Shown here: one piece after another, positions 1 through 8,614 of the stretch | How the letters are laid out: every line of letters starts with the position of its first letter | Numbering within the stretch: position 1 is the first letter of the stretch | IMG/VR virus record: IMGVR_UViG_3300020043_007700 | Span: 1 to 26,079 of that record | From: a virus | Taxonomy: Duplodnaviria > Caudoviricetes | Strand: one strand, 5' to 3' | DNA: 26,079 nt | Program-made: the position numbers and the translations under genes | Notes under the pieces: model-generated | Told to the model about the DNA's origin: nothing | What the model saw: only the letters and a program-made list of their open reading frames with translations | The model's database searches: none

Positions 1-2
1 TT

Positions 3-1409
3 GGGGTATTGGCAGTCATTGATGGACAACCACTATTCACACACAAGGAAGATGCCCTGAAAATGGCTGAACTTTTGGGATGTGAGGGTTACCACGAACA
101 CAAGGTGGGTTCAACGATAGGGTATATGGCGTGTAAGACACACGAATTTGCCTCTTATGAGGATTACCCTCAAGGTGCTTCAGATAACGCTTGTAAAGTC
201 CTCCGTTGGATTGATGAACACGGACGAGATGAGGTTTCAGGAATGGAATTGACAGGGTTGGCAAGAGCAAATCAATTGTGTAAAAGAGAACCAATTTCTG
301 AGGACACAATTGCTCGTATGGCAGGGTTTGCCAGACACAAAGAAAATTCAAAGATTAGTCCTGAATTTGAGGCTACGCCTTGGAAGGATAAGGGATATGT
401 CGCCTACCTTGCTTGGGGAGGAGAAATAGGGGTAAATTGGGCTTCAAGAAAATTGAAACAAATTCGTAATAATATGGATTTGGAAAACGCTTGCTGGCCT
501 GGCTACGAAGCCATTGGAACCAAAGACGAGGGGGGTCGTGAAGTACCAAATTGTGTCCCTGTAAAAATGGCTGATGAAGGTGAGTTGGATGTCTTCGGAT
601 ACAAGACCAAAAATTTTGATATTTGTCCTGGCGCTTTAGGCACCTTTACGAGTTTAATTAAGACCCCCAATTTGTCTCAAGACACAAGGGGTATGATACG
701 CTCCGCTGCGGTGATTGCCGATGCGGTCTTCAAAATTGAAAAAGAGGTCATTTTTAAGGAGCGTGCCACACTTGAGGAACTCCAAGAAGCCGTTGTATTG
801 GTTGATGACTTTAAGGATGTTATAAACGAAATTTCAAAGGACACCAAAATCAAATATGATGTCTTGTATATGGATGGTCATATTAAGAAAATTTCTGACT
901 ACATGCCTGAGGGGCTTGAATACGATGTGAGTGGACTATCTCCCTACACATCACAAACGGGAAATACAATTATTCAAGATAATTTTTTGAGACACGGATT
1001 TTCCTATGATGAGGAAAAAATGGAAATCACGGGCGCAGCAATTATCCCCAACAAAATGATTGTCCGTAGAAATCCAATTACGGAGGAATTGTATTATGTA
1101 TTTTTCTCGGCTGAAACCACACGGACTTTGGCTGAGAGATTTTTGAAATCGGTGAATAAAAATGCCATTCCTGTGGCGAACCTTGACCACACCGATAAAC
1201 TTGCTCCTGAAACTTACATTACAGAAAGTTGGATTGTAATGAACAAAGAAATGGACAAAGCAGCCGCACTTGGTCTTGATTATCCCGAAGGCACTTGGGT
1301 AGTGACCATGAAGGTCGGGGATAGAGATTTATGGGAGGAAATTAAATTAGGAAAATATAACGGTTATTCAGTTGAAGGTTGGTTCAACGAACGGATGGTA
1401 TTCAATTGA
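3..1409 (+). CDS. Prohead protease (XkdF-like phage serine protease) preceded by several small accessory domains; 5'-truncated
   Basis: C-terminal motifs GAAIIPNKMIVR, YYVFFS, NLDH, TESWIV, GTWVVTMKV and GYSVEG; lies upstream of scaffold and capsid. The frame is open from base 3, so TTG at 9 is probably not the true start. Confidence 0.85.
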   Translation, partial: GVLAVIDGQPLFTHKEDALKMAELLGCEGYHEHKVGSTIGYMACKTHEFASYEDYPQGASDNACKVLRWIDEHGRDEVSGMELTGLARANQLCKREPISEDTIARMAGFARHKENSKISPEFEATPWKDKGYVAYLAWGGEIGVNWASRKLKQIRNNMDLENACWPGYEAIGTKDEGGREVPNCVPVKMADEGELDVFGYKTKNFDICPGALGTFTSLIKTPNLSQDTRGMIRSAAVIADAVFKIEKEVIFKERATLEELQEAVVLVDDFKDVINEISKDTKIKYDVLYMDGHIKKISDYMPEGLEYDVSGLSPYTSQTGNTIIQDNFLRHGFSYDEEKMEITGAAIIPNKMIVRRNPITEELYYVFFSAETTRTLAERFLKSVNKNAIPVANLDHTDKLAPETYITESWIVMNKEMDKAAALGLDYPEGTWVVTMKVGDRDLWEEIKLGKYNGYSVEGWFNERMVFN

Positions 1410-1414
1410 AAAAG

Positions 1415-1421
1415 TTATATT
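1415..1421 (+). promoter_or_regulatory. Putative phage late-promoter element (TTATATT)
   Basis: Intergenic TTATATT before the scaffold/capsid operon; the same heptamer occurs at 5822, 8314, 12798 and 15756, all in intergenic gaps. Confidence 0.45.
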
Positions 1422-1455
1422 CTAATGTATAAACAAAACAAATAAAAAATTCTTT

Positions 1456-2214
1456 ATGACCACAAACGAAATCAAAAGGAAAATTGCCGAGTTACTCGGT
1501 CGCTCCTATAAGTTCGGTTCATATATGACCAAAGATGGTAAGGAGTTCAAAATTCACGGAGAAAAAATGGAGATTGGCATGCCAGTTTACATCGTAACTC
1601 CTGAAGGAGAAATCCCCGTCATGGATGGTGATTATGAATTGGAAAACAATATGAAATTGAAGATTGAAAACGCTGAAATTTCAAACATTGCTGACGGACT
1701 AAATACGGAGGGAACACCAATTGACGAAGTGAGTGAAGATGATGGAATTGATTACGACAATTTTGACGAAGCAAAATTAGCAGATGGAACCATAGTTGGT
1801 ACCGATGGTGATTTTGAAGTAGGAAAAAAATTGTATGTAAAAGACGCTGAAAACAATTGGGTACAAGCCCCCGTTGGAGAACATACAACTGAAAGTGGAA
1901 TCACTATCGTTGTAGACGAAGAAGGTCTCATTACAGGTCTGAAAAGACCTGATGATAGTGGAGAAGGTAGTTTGGAGGGCGAGATGTCCTCAGAACAACT
2001 CCTTGAGGCATTCACAAGCGTTTTGAAAGAAATTCAATCAGAACTCAATTCACTTAAGGAAAAGAATACGGCATTGGAGGCTAAGTTCTCCAAATTTGCT
2101 GGCGAACCTGCGGGAGAAAAACTTTACGACAGGAAGGGATATTTCGCTCAAGTTGACGATACAAAAAGTTCCAGAATGGAACAAATCGCAGCATTGAGAG
2201 GGATGAAAAATTAA
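1456..2214 (+). CDS. Capsid scaffolding protein
   Basis: Acidic protein between protease and capsid; two copies of a DG...E.G..V....G.(Y/H) beta domain and a C-terminal coiled coil (LKEIQSELNSLKEKNTALEAKF). Confidence 0.75.
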   Translation: MTTNEIKRKIAELLGRSYKFGSYMTKDGKEFKIHGEKMEIGMPVYIVTPEGEIPVMDGDYELENNMKLKIENAEISNIADGLNTEGTPIDEVSEDDGIDYDNFDEAKLADGTIVGTDGDFEVGKKLYVKDAENNWVQAPVGEHTTESGITIVVDEEGLITGLKRPDDSGEGSLEGEMSSEQLLEAFTSVLKEIQSELNSLKEKNTALEAKFSKFAGEPAGEKLYDRKGYFAQVDDTKSSRMEQIAALRGMKN

Positions 2215-2246
2215 ATAAAATAAAACAATAAAATCTTAAATTTTTT

Positions 2247-3227
2247 ATGGCAAATTTAGAAAAAAGAACTCCCGCAGGTTTAGCGAAACATTCGTTCGAC
2301 TTTAACCTCGCCGGACTTCAAACTTACACAGACCAGACAGGTGGTCTTTTGTTGTTGGAAGCAGTGACAAAAGCACGTACCGTAGAAATCGGTAATCTTC
2401 AGGTAGGTATTAAAGGCACCCAAGAGGTGAATTTGATGACCTCAACTCTAAACATTGGAGCAGGCGGATGTGGATGGTCTCCGAGCGGTGTTACCACCTT
2501 CACTCAAGCACCTATCACGGTATGTAATTATATGTACCAAGAAGCGCTATGTCCGGATTCGCTTTTGAACTATTGGCAAAGTGCTTTCTTGAATGCTGGT
2601 TCTTATGTAGAGAGCGTTCCATTTGAGGAGCAAATTATGAAATTAAAAGTGGAGCAGGTTCAGGACTTTGTTGAAAACAAATTATGGCAGGCACTTCCAG
2701 CATCTTCTGGTGGTACAGATTGTTTCACAGGTTTCAAAGGATTGTTCGGAACAGGAGCAACAAATCCAGTAAATTTCGTAGTAAGTCCAACCACAGGTTT
2801 GACGAATTCTACTATGATGGCGGCTGTGGATGAGGTAATTTCTACCCTTCCTGATGCTATTCAGCAAAGAGATAGTTTGGTTGTAATGATGAGCATTCCT
2901 AACTACAGAAAGTATCAAGTAAACTTGAGAAATTCCAACTGGTATGCGTTCACTCCTGAGAGCAGAGAAGCAGGTTTCCCACAATTGGCAATCCAACATC
3001 CTGGCACAGGAATTATGGTATATGGAGTTCCTGGTTTAACAGGTTCAAACCAAATCGTAGCAGGAGACAAAAATGAACTTATAATCGGTATGGATTTGAT
3101 GTCTGACCAGGAACGCTTGGAGGCGTGGTGGGACCAGAATGATGGAGAAGTGAGATTTAGAGGTAAGTTCAAGGCGGGCGTAACTATCCCATTTCCAAGC
3201 AATTGGGCTTCAAACGGATTGTCATAA
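2247..3227 (+). CDS. Major capsid protein (HK97 fold expected)
   Basis: 326 aa after protease and scaffold; motifs EALCPDSL..YW, VPGL, G.DL.SD and VRFRGKFKAGV resemble Bacteroidota phage capsids. Confidence 0.85.
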   Translation: MANLEKRTPAGLAKHSFDFNLAGLQTYTDQTGGLLLLEAVTKARTVEIGNLQVGIKGTQEVNLMTSTLNIGAGGCGWSPSGVTTFTQAPITVCNYMYQEALCPDSLLNYWQSAFLNAGSYVESVPFEEQIMKLKVEQVQDFVENKLWQALPASSGGTDCFTGFKGLFGTGATNPVNFVVSPTTGLTNSTMMAAVDEVISTLPDAIQQRDSLVVMMSIPNYRKYQVNLRNSNWYAFTPESREAGFPQLAIQHPGTGIMVYGVPGLTGSNQIVAGDKNELIIGMDLMSDQERLEAWWDQNDGEVRFRGKFKAGVTIPFPSNWASNGLS

Positions 3228-3252
3228 ACTACAAAATAAAAAATAGTAGATT

Positions 3253-3798
3253 ATGAGCAATTATTCAGCATGTCTTCAGACCGCATCCATTAACTTGGGT
3301 TGTGCGTCAAATGTCGGTGGTATTAAAAAGGCATATTTGGTCGCTGGTCAAATTACCGGTGTTACCTACAATGCTATTGGAGAAATCACAGGTATTACAT
3401 CAAGTCCTGGCACAAAAATCTACACCTACGAGGTACAAAAACAAACCTCTACTTTAACAGAGACATTTAACTCGTCTTTGGAGAATGGAACATTGTTTTA
3501 CTCACAAGAATTAACTCTTAATTTCCAGAAGATGGACGCTGATAAGAGAGCACAGGTAAAACTGATGGCTCAAAATCGTGGTCTTCAAGGATTTGCGGAG
3601 GATAATAATGGTGAGATTTACTTCTTGGGTGCTGACTTTGACGGAGGTTTCCTTTCGGGCGGGTCAGGTGCGACAGGAACGGCGTTCGGGGACGCCAACC
3701 AATATCAGGTTATCCTCACATTTTTCAGTAAAGACCCAATGGCTTTCCTTGCGGGAACTTTACAACAAGCGGTCGGTGGCGTTGTCATTGAACCTTAA
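3253..3798 (+). CDS. Major tail (tube) protein
   Basis: C..NVGGIKKAY, ENGTLFYSQELTL, EDNNG and GTAFGDANQY motifs; followed by a strong terminator shared with the capsid operon. Confidence 0.8.
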   Translation: MSNYSACLQTASINLGCASNVGGIKKAYLVAGQITGVTYNAIGEITGITSSPGTKIYTYEVQKQTSTLTETFNSSLENGTLFYSQELTLNFQKMDADKRAQVKLMAQNRGLQGFAEDNNGEIYFLGADFDGGFLSGGSGATGTAFGDANQYQVILTFFSKDPMAFLAGTLQQAVGGVVIEP

Positions 3799-3805
3799 TA
3801 ACTTT

Positions 3806-3834
3806 GGAGGGGGGTAAAACCCCCCCTCCTTTTT
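3806..3834 (+). terminator. Rho-independent terminator
   Basis: GGAGGGGGG-taaaac-CCCCCCTCC stem followed by TTTTT. Confidence 0.9.
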
Positions 3835-3852
3835 AAGCCAAAAAAAACTGAA

Positions 3853-5784
3853 ATGATTTTACTAAAAAAGGGTCAATTAAATAAAATGTCGGTGGGTCTG
3901 AAACCTGTCGGTGTCTGTTCACCTTGTTTTTTATTTCAGTTTACACAAATCAGTTCAAAGGAGCAAGTCACTTTTGTTCCTGAAAATATCACCAATGGGA
4001 CAGAGGACAGGTATTATGAGTTTCAATTCATTGAAGGATTACCCATAAATTTGACCGCACAGACACCAACGACGGAGTTTGTATATGAAGGTCAGTATTG
4101 GGTTAAAATCTTTCAACAGGGAGACGATAATTGTCTCAATTTTAATCCTGATTTATCACAGGGTTTGGTTTGGGAGGGTCGTGCTCAGGTTGAGGATGAT
4201 TGTCCTGACGAATTATTTGAGGTTTATGAAAGTCCGAACGAGGACAACGCAAACATAATTTACTTGTCTGACGATGAGTTCTGTGCTTCACCGACCCCAA
4301 CTGCGAGTATCACCCCAACGATTACCCCGACACCTTCAATCACTCCGTCAATTACTCCAACGAATACTCCTACTCCATCCATCACAAGCACGGTTACCCC
4401 GTCTGTGACCCCTACAATCACGCCTACGACCACTTCTACCCCTACGACTACTCCTACCCCCACTCCGTCAATTACATCGTCTGTAACACCAAGTATTACT
4501 CCGACCACAACCCCAAGTATTACACCGACAAATACGCCTTCGGTTTCTCCGAGTGTTACCCCAACCAATACTCCTTCGGTCTCACCGAGCGTAACTCCAA
4601 CTCAAACAGGAACACCAACTCCAACGCCAACCGCTTCGGGAATTGCTAATTTCTGTGTTGGTTCTGGTTGTGCTCCACAGACCGCACGAGGAAATTACCT
4701 TGATGGAAATGACTTATACATTTTTGGTCAGGTTGAATACTTCAAGGCACAATCAGTAGATTGTGTATTCAAATTGGATAAAAATTCAGGAGCACAACAA
4801 GTATTCCAACCAGCGTTCCCACAAGGTTTCACGGTCACAGCAATTGAGAAAAAATCTACAGGGGATTGGTATATGACGGGTACTTTTGATAGTTACTCAG
4901 GTCTAACAAGACAAAGATTGGTTAAACTACAACCTGACCTGTATATGGCTCCCGCATTCAATATCGGTATTGGATTACAAAACGACGCATACGCTCTACA
5001 CTACAACGAGAGTACAGACAGGTTATTTATCGGTGGAACATTTGTTGGATACAATGGAGATAGTACTAAAGCAAGATTTATAAAAATTGATGGAACAACA
5101 GGTGCGATTGATACCTCAATTCCAAACACATATTTTGGGAATGGTGATGTAAGAATGATGGTTCCTGATGGTAATGGTAATTTATTCTTGGGTGGTACAT
5201 TTACCACCGTGACAGGAACAACTGCTCAAAACCGACTTGTTTATGTAAGTGAAACGAATGGTTACAGAGTTCCTGGCTTTAACATTGGAACTGGATTTAA
5301 TAACACCCCAACAAGTGCGGTTTATGACGGGGCAAATAATCGTCTTTATGTTGTCGGACAATTCAACACATATAATGGAACTACTGTTGGGGGTGTTACT
5401 TGTCTTAACGCAACCACAGGAGCAATCGACACTGGTTTTGTTTCAGGAACTGGTTTAGGTGGAGCATTTGGTATTTCAATTACCCAATTACCTGATGGTG
5501 ATTTGGTTATTTTACACAACTCTGCGACATTCAATGGAGTTAACTCAAACAGATTGACAAGAGTCACTTCAGGAGGTACTGTAAATACAACATTTAACAC
5601 CAATTTGGGTAGTTCATTTAACTTTGGGGTCGCACAAAGTCCAATCCCATTTCAATACCAACTCAATAATGATGGAACTTATCTATACATAACGGGTAAT
5701 TTCGTATCATTCAATGGACAAAACTTTAATGGACTTGTACGATTGAATATTGATGGAACATTAGCGTCAACGATAAATTGTTAA
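3853..5784 (+). CDS. Neck/head-closure-type virion protein fused to a Pro/Thr/Ser linker and a delta-60-like beta-propeller
   Basis: N-terminal ~140 aa resembles the small adaptor found between tail protein and portal in such phages (inference). It is followed by a ~115-aa PT-rich tract and repeats of G.F..YNG....RL..L...G..D..F..G.G. Confidence 0.65.
   Translation: MILLKKGQLNKMSVGLKPVGVCSPCFLFQFTQISSKEQVTFVPENITNGTEDRYYEFQFIEGLPINLTAQTPTTEFVYEGQYWVKIFQQGDDNCLNFNPDLSQGLVWEGRAQVEDDCPDELFEVYESPNEDNANIIYLSDDEFCASPTPTASITPTITPTPSITPSITPTNTPTPSITSTVTPSVTPTITPTTTSTPTTTPTPTPSITSSVTPSITPTTTPSITPTNTPSVSPSVTPTNTPSVSPSVTPTQTGTPTPTPTASGIANFCVGSGCAPQTARGNYLDGNDLYIFGQVEYFKAQSVDCVFKLDKNSGAQQVFQPAFPQGFTVTAIEKKSTGDWYMTGTFDSYSGLTRQRLVKLQPDLYMAPAFNIGIGLQNDAYALHYNESTDRLFIGGTFVGYNGDSTKARFIKIDGTTGAIDTSIPNTYFGNGDVRMMVPDGNGNLFLGGTFTTVTGTTAQNRLVYVSETNGYRVPGFNIGTGFNNTPTSAVYDGANNRLYVVGQFNTYNGTTVGGVTCLNATTGAIDTGFVSGTGLGGAFGISITQLPDGDLVILHNSATFNGVNSNRLTRVTSGGTVNTTFNTNLGSSFNFGVAQSPIPFQYQLNNDGTYLYITGNFVSFNGQNFNGLVRLNIDGTLASTINC
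4288..4638 (+). repeat. Coding low-complexity (T/S)-(I/V)-T-P repeat tract
   Basis: Translates to [30 protein letters not shown]...; codons are synonymously diverged. Confidence 0.95.
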
Positions 5785-5821
5785 AGTGGTTATTTTATCT
5801 ACGATTTAATCCATTCAAGAG

Positions 5822-5838
5822 TTATATTTACTAATATA
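5822..5838 (+). promoter_or_regulatory. Putative late promoter directly abutting the portal ATG
   Basis: TTATATTTACTAATATATG; TATTTACTAATATA (5825-5838) recurs exactly on the minus strand at 8315-8328. Confidence 0.55.
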
Positions 5839-6953
5839 TGAACCCGATAGAAAAATTTCAATTTGAGACCGTGATACTCCCCACCTTTGAGGAGGTGATA
5901 ACCAATAAAGAATATGTTTATTGGGGAGGGGACAACTTATGGCCCAGGCACAGCATTGATTTATACAATTTCTCGGCAATAAACCGAGCGTGTATCAACG
6001 CAAAAAGAGATGGTGTTTGGGGTCAAAAATTGCTAATTGACGGGGTGGATGCGGCTCGTATTATGGTGAATGGAACCGATAGTTTGAGAAGTATCTACAA
6101 AAAGACCGCCATGGACTTCGTTATTCACAATGGGTTCGCAATGAATGTAATCAAGCGTAGAGACGGAGAAGGGGTTTCTGAGATGTATCACATTGATATG
6201 TCCAAATTAAGGTCAGGAAAAGTAGATATGAGGGACTTTGTGGACACATATTACTATTCAGCGGATTGGAAGGATATAAGAAAATACAAACCTGTTCCAA
6301 TGCCAGCGTTCAATTTGAACAACGACACGCCATCACAGATTTATTGGTATATGGGTTACGCCCCAAATCAGACCTATTATCCGATGCCAGATTGGATTGG
6401 TGCGAGGGTGGCGACCGAGATTGATATAAACATCAAAAACTTCCATTTACAGAACCTACAAAATGGATTTTTTCCTTCAATTTTTATATCACTTAACAAT
6501 GGTGTTCCGAGCGAAGATGAGAGAACTCAGGTTTACCGACATTTGGTGGATAAATACTCATCCACGAACAACGCTGGTTCCCTGTTTTTGAATTTCGCAG
6601 CAGACAAAGAACACGAACCAACAATCACCCCACTTAACCCACCTACATCCGACCAATTTTATCGTGATATGGATGAGGTTGTGCGTAACACAATCCTCAC
6701 AGGTCATCGTATCACCTCACCAAAACTTTTGGGTATTGAAACACCAGGCTCTTTGGGGTCAAAAAATGAAGTGATTGAGGGATACGAACACTTCCTGCGT
6801 ACCGTGATTGTTCCACTACAAGAACAACTACTCGCCGAGTTTGAAAAATTGTTATTCTTACGAGATAAAAAAATGTATAAATTAGAGGTCATTCAAAACG
6901 AAATTTTTGATACTGACCCAATTGAAGCAATCCAACCTGTTTTACCATCCTAA
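5838..6953 (+). CDS. Portal protein
   Basis: YWGGDNLWP, S.INRACINAK, YYYSADW, YYP.PDW.G, NGFFPS, NAG and ILTGHRITSP.LLGI motifs typical of Bacteroidota phage portals. Confidence 0.85.
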   Translation: MNPIEKFQFETVILPTFEEVITNKEYVYWGGDNLWPRHSIDLYNFSAINRACINAKRDGVWGQKLLIDGVDAARIMVNGTDSLRSIYKKTAMDFVIHNGFAMNVIKRRDGEGVSEMYHIDMSKLRSGKVDMRDFVDTYYYSADWKDIRKYKPVPMPAFNLNNDTPSQIYWYMGYAPNQTYYPMPDWIGARVATEIDINIKNFHLQNLQNGFFPSIFISLNNGVPSEDERTQVYRHLVDKYSSTNNAGSLFLNFAADKEHEPTITPLNPPTSDQFYRDMDEVVRNTILTGHRITSPKLLGIETPGSLGSKNEVIEGYEHFLRTVIVPLQEQLLAEFEKLLFLRDKKMYKLEVIQNEIFDTDPIEAIQPVLPS

Positions 6954-7567
6954 TGAGCCAAATTTTATTAGTATCCCCAAAAAAAATTAAGAATTTCACA
7001 GAGGTCAACGCTAATGTGGACGAGACACTTCTTTTAGCATCGGTTCAGGTTGCTCAAAGCATTGGTCTTCAGACACTTTTGGGCACAAAATTCCTCAATC
7101 ATATTGAGCAGGCTGCCTCTACAAATACTTTGACCGGTCCTGAAACGACCCTACTGAACGATTACATTCAACCATACCTTTTATGGCAAGCCGTTTATGA
7201 GAGTTTTCCGACCCTTTTTATGAGGGTAATGAACAAATCCATCATCATCGGTAATACTGAACAGGGAAGTGCGGTAGATACAAAACAATTTAATTCACTT
7301 CGTCAAATTCACTCTGACAGGGCTCAGTTCTACGCTCAGAGAATGATGGATTATTTGGTGGTGAGACCAAGTGATTTCCCATTGTATTTCCAATACTCAT
7401 CCCTTGATGGTTTACCCCCATCTCAAGAGAACTACTACTCAGGACTTCACATACAACCTGGTCCTCGTAGATTACCGAGAGTAGGAACCGCTTACTCAAG
7501 TAGTGGAATACCGAGTTATTTTGATAGAACTTATCCTGGCGTTTGTTGTGGAGATACTTGGTATTAA
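6953..7567 (+). CDS. Head-tail connector/adaptor protein
   Basis: Coupled to the portal (TAATG); NVD..LL...AQ...LQ.LLGT and LLNDYIQPYL motifs. Confidence 0.7.
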   Translation: MSQILLVSPKKIKNFTEVNANVDETLLLASVQVAQSIGLQTLLGTKFLNHIEQAASTNTLTGPETTLLNDYIQPYLLWQAVYESFPTLFMRVMNKSIIIGNTEQGSAVDTKQFNSLRQIHSDRAQFYAQRMMDYLVVRPSDFPLYFQYSSLDGLPPSQENYYSGLHIQPGPRRLPRVGTAYSSSGIPSYFDRTYPGVCCGDTWY

Positions 7568-7586
7568 GGTTATTTTGTTCTAAGTG

Positions 7587-7856
7587 ATGGAAGTATTAGG
7601 AACTCTTGTAATAACCTCTGTATCGTCAATTTTGACCTATCTATTGGGTCGTAATCGTACTCGTAAGGAGGTTGAGAATTTGACTTTGGTCAATTTGGAG
7701 AAAAGTGTTGAAATTTATCGTACCATTTTGGTGGATATGGAAAACCAAATACAAACCCTCAACGCCAAGATTGATGAATTGGAAAATAAAATTGATGGTT
7801 TAGTAAAAGAGAACCACGAACTTAAACTTATGTTGTCCCAAAATGCCAATACCTAA
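7587..7856 (+). CDS. Small membrane-anchored coiled-coil protein (holin/lysis-accessory-like)
   Basis: N-terminal hydrophobic helix (VLGTLVITSVSSILTYLLG) followed by a coiled coil; ATG at 7587 follows the GTG at 7584. Confidence 0.55.
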   Translation: MEVLGTLVITSVSSILTYLLGRNRTRKEVENLTLVNLEKSVEIYRTILVDMENQIQTLNAKIDELENKIDGLVKENHELKLMLSQNANT

Positions 7857-8022
7857 TCCAAGATTTGACGAGACCGGTGAAGGAGGTCAAAAAAAATACA
7901 TCGCAAGATGTTATGAAGCCATCCAAAATGAATACCCATCAGAGGTTGCCTTTGGAATTTGTTATTCCAAGTGGAAGGAAAAGAAGATGATGGCAATTGC
8001 CCGTCTCAGGAAGAAAATGTAA
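7843..8022 (+). CDS. Small phage protein (59 aa; not in ORF track)
   Basis: MPIPNPRFDETGEGGQKKYIARCYEAIQNEYPSEVAFGICYSKWKEKKMMAIARLRKKM; ATG preceded by A-rich sequence; the MPIP...I.RC...EY....ICYS.W pattern is a recurrent small phage domain. Confidence 0.75.
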   Translation: MPIPNPRFDETGEGGQKKYIARCYEAIQNEYPSEVAFGICYSKWKEKKMMAIARLRKKM

Positions 8023-8293
8023 TCCCCCTTTTTGCCCATCGCTCCTCAAATTGTTCTGCGATGTTTCCATTGGTGTCGTATCCCATCCGTTCTAACACGA
8101 TTTTAGCCGTTTTAACGATGTTTCTTTGATGGGGGGTAAGATTGTCCCACTCTGCGTGTATTCCTTCGTTACGGAGGAAATTTTGAATTTCAATCACACA
8201 AGCCGGACATCTCTTTCTTCGGTATCCGTGTTCAGTTCGGTATTCATCGGCAGGGAGTTCGTCTCCACAGGCAATACATTTTTTCAATCTCAT
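8006..8293 (-). CDS. Zinc-finger protein (CxxC...CxxC), function unknown
   Basis: KKCIACG...RCPAC; has an upstream TATTTACTAATATA element on its own strand; the only credible minus-strand gene. Confidence 0.7.
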   Translation of the reverse strand: MRLKKCIACGDELPADEYRTEHGYRRKRCPACVIEIQNFLRNEGIHAEWDNLTPHQRNIVKTAKIVLERMGYDTNGNIAEQFEERWAKRGITFSS

Positions 8294-8313
8294 TTAGTAA
8301 ATGTAGTAAAATC

Positions 8314-8328
8314 TTATATTAGTAAATA
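8314..8328. promoter_or_regulatory. Putative bidirectional late promoter
   Basis: Plus strand reads TTATATT towards structured RNA 1; minus strand reads TATTTACTAATATA towards the Zn-finger gene. Confidence 0.5.
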
Positions 8329-8329
8329 C

Positions 8330-8468
8330 GGGGGGAGTTAGGTTTTTCCTATCTTGCTTAGGTCTTTTTATTTTTTGTGAAATTCGGTCTTTTTTTTACC
8401 TACTCCCCCTTTCACTATATGCTCCCTGAAGGGATTGGTTTTCAAGTACCAGTCCCTTCTTTTTTTTT
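8330..8468 (+). ncRNA. Candidate small RNA 1
   Basis: GGGGGAGTTAGGT (8331-8343) pairs with ACCTACTCCCCC (8398-8409) around a 54-nt U-rich loop; ends in an intrinsic terminator; no credible ORF. Confidence 0.5.
8428..8468 (+). terminator. Rho-independent terminator
   Basis: GAAGGGATTGGT / ACCAGTCCCTTC 12-bp stem (one G-U pair) followed by T9. Confidence 0.9.
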
Positions 8469-8473
8469 GTTGG

Positions 8474-8482
8474 TATTTATTG
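8474..8482 (+). promoter_or_regulatory. Putative phage promoter TATTTATTG
   Basis: Identical 9-mer at 8606-8614 and 12812-12820; each copy lies shortly downstream of a terminator. Confidence 0.55.
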
Positions 8483-8579
8483 TTGGGTCTTTTCATTTAT
8501 AATTCAAATGTGTTCGGGTTAAGTTCCCATTCATACTCGGACACAGGGGTCGGTTTTTTTAACTGACCCTTTTTTTTTT
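8483..8579 (+). ncRNA. Candidate small RNA 2
   Basis: Bounded by TATTTATTG and a terminator; 11-bp stem TGTGTTCGGGT (8509-8519) / ACTCGGACACA (8535-8545) with two G-U pairs and a 15-nt loop TAAGTTCCCATTCAT. Confidence 0.55.
8547..8579 (+). terminator. Rho-independent terminator
   Basis: GGGTCGGTT / AACTGACCC stem (one G-U pair) followed by T10. Confidence 0.9.
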
Positions 8580-8605
8580 GCTTCAGATTTTTTTTAACCT
8601 TCCGA

Positions 8606-8614
8606 TATTTATTG
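8606..8614 (+). promoter_or_regulatory. Putative phage promoter TATTTATTG
   Basis: GATATTTATTG is identical to 12810-12820 upstream of the sigma factor gene. Confidence 0.55.

Noticed and set aside
4260-4568. Val/Gly-rich minus-strand ORFs (also 17976-18263)
   Set aside because: They are antisense shadows of the Pro/Thr codon tracts.
8126-8341. 71-aa + strand ORF
   Set aside because: It is antisense to the better supported Zn-finger gene and has no recognisable features.
8340-8369. RNA 1 targeting the phage's own genes (TTAGGTCTTT vs 12444-12453; AGGTTTTTC vs 8981-8989 and 11085-11093)
   Set aside because: The matches are real but short and A/T-rich, and similar matches occur inside coding regions (for example 13393-13403), so they cannot be separated from chance by eye.
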